This document shows positions 62,529 through 64,000 of a DNA stretch of 64,000 nucleotides, in pieces. The notes below the pieces were generated by a model, which did no database searches, was not told where the DNA came from, and saw only the letters and a list, made by a program, of their open reading frames with translations. The position numbers and the translations under genes are program-made. Within the stretch, counting starts at the first letter, position 1; every line of letters begins with the position of its first letter. This stretch comes from Podospora anserina (lineage: Eukaryota): the NCBI GenBank assembly GCA_017654855.1, contig CM030336.1, positions 2,728,001 to 2,792,000 on the forward strand. Direction: 5' to 3'.

Positions 62529-63402
62529 GGAGGGGGATGGTGGGGAGAGTGAGAATGGTGTAGAGAAGGAGAATGATGCGAAGAAGCATGACTCTGGTGA
62601 TGAGATGGGGGGGTTGGAGCAGACTGAATGAGGTGTATGGGCTGAACGAAACTTGGACATGTGGGGATTGTGTTTGTGGGTTATTATACAGCATTGTAGC
62701 GAAGCATGATAGTAAGCGATGAACTTGATTAGTGGGGTGTCGTTATTGGAGATATCTGGCTTAGTTGTCTCTTGGGCTTGTCCACTTACGTCTGTTACAT
62801 TTAGAATCCTTCTCTTCTTCATGCCCATTGCTCGCCCACAAGTGCAAAGATAGTTTGATATGCTTTAAACTCATGTCAATGTGCCTTTGAAGATAACTAG
62901 CATGCTTTCAAAGAAAGTGAGAAGGCCTTAAAATGTCTCCATGGGCCTACTTTTTTTCAAAATATTTTCAATGACCCCCGAAAGATAGTTAATGCGATTT
63001 TGATCTACCCATTCTATCAGGAGACGTGCTGAAGCATGCAGTGGGGATTCCGGTGGAGAGAAGAGGCCGTGGGTAGTAGTAGAGCTTTATCATGACCATG
63101 AAGACATCAAAGACGCCGACTGTGCCTTGAAGTTGACGGGCCGTCAACTTCAAAGGTATTGCGGATGTTGAGCCACACTGTCCAACCTGACTGGATTTGG
63201 GTTGTCTTTCACCGTGACATGGGTATCAGGGGCATTAAAGTGTCTACAGGTCATTAGACCACTTGCGAGCTCATTCCTTCTCTGTCAAGTAGGTAGGTAC
63301 CCTTGGAACTATCCATCCTGATACTATATGCCCGTAATAAGGTATCCTCAACACCCGGTGTACAATACAAGGGAGCTCCTCAAACAGCCATTAGTGATGC
63401 CG

Positions 63403-64000
63403 TCAATTTTCCCCTTTCTCTCCAGTCAAATACTGCTTCATCAGCTCAACCAGCTCTTCGCCGGTGGGATCTTGGGACAGAAACACCACATTCACGGCCG
63501 CAAAGCTAGATGTCAGACCCCAGAAAGCATCACTATGAGTAATCCTTGACTAATCAATTTCACAGAAGGGGAGGAAACATACGCAGCAGTGGCAGCAAAC
63601 ACCTCCACCCTTTTGGCCTTCGTCATGATTGCTAGCGCCAACGCAAAGATCGCCGAGAATATCACCAAGGCCATGAACTTGAACTTGTTATTGTCGCCCA
63701 GGAAGTAGAGCACCACAATGCTCAGCACTGGAAGCAGGGCTGCGACGACGGTGACGAATGTCTCGATGACGATTTGAAGATGAGACTCGCTGTAGATGTA
63801 GATACCAGTACCGAGGTTTTTGGCCGCATCCTCCGGGTCCTACACCTTTATCAGCCACAACCTACATCTGGGCAGGGAACAGTGATGAACTGCTGTGCTA
63901 ACCTTGATCTTGGCCCCGAAGAATTTGTGATACCAGGGGAAAATGATGTCGTTCACCCAGCGGGAGAGGCGATCCAACGGCACCCGTGGGCTGATAGCCA
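63403..64000 (-). CDS. 3' part of a DUF6594-family membrane protein
   Basis: Hydrophobic C-terminus LSIVVLYFL...FSAIFALALAIMTKAKRVEVFAATAA, spliced to FAAVNVVFL...GEN* (stop at 63403). The gene runs off the window. Confidence 0.75.

Noticed and set aside
1-64000. CRISPR array, rRNA or prokaryotic operon features
   Set aside because: The sequence is eukaryotic; I saw no spaced repeat array or rRNA signature.

Overview
Eukaryotic, filamentous-ascomycete DNA (short GT..CTRAC..YAG introns, intron-containing tRNAs). It resembles Sordariales, probably Podospora (inference). A conserved core (carboxylesterase, a 3212-aa VPS13, a DUF3429 mitochondrial membrane protein, a glycosyltransferase-like type II membrane protein, tRNA-Ile(TAT), tRNA-Thr(CGT)) is interleaved with decaying accessory segments. 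These hold a LINE endonuclease scrap cut by a probable solo LTR and pseudogenes (BYS1-like, MFS, SDR, DUF7600-type, and a large uncharacterised gene hit by two related LTR-like inserts). An intact alpha/beta-hydrolase-NACHT-WD40 NLR sits between two dead genes. The most notable items, hidden by introns or frameshifts in the ORF track, are a divergent Rtt106-like histone-chaperone paralogue with a basic tail (2238-3652) and a pair of paralogous orphan coiled-coil genes 54 kb apart. All family assignments come from motif recognition by eye; no searches were run.
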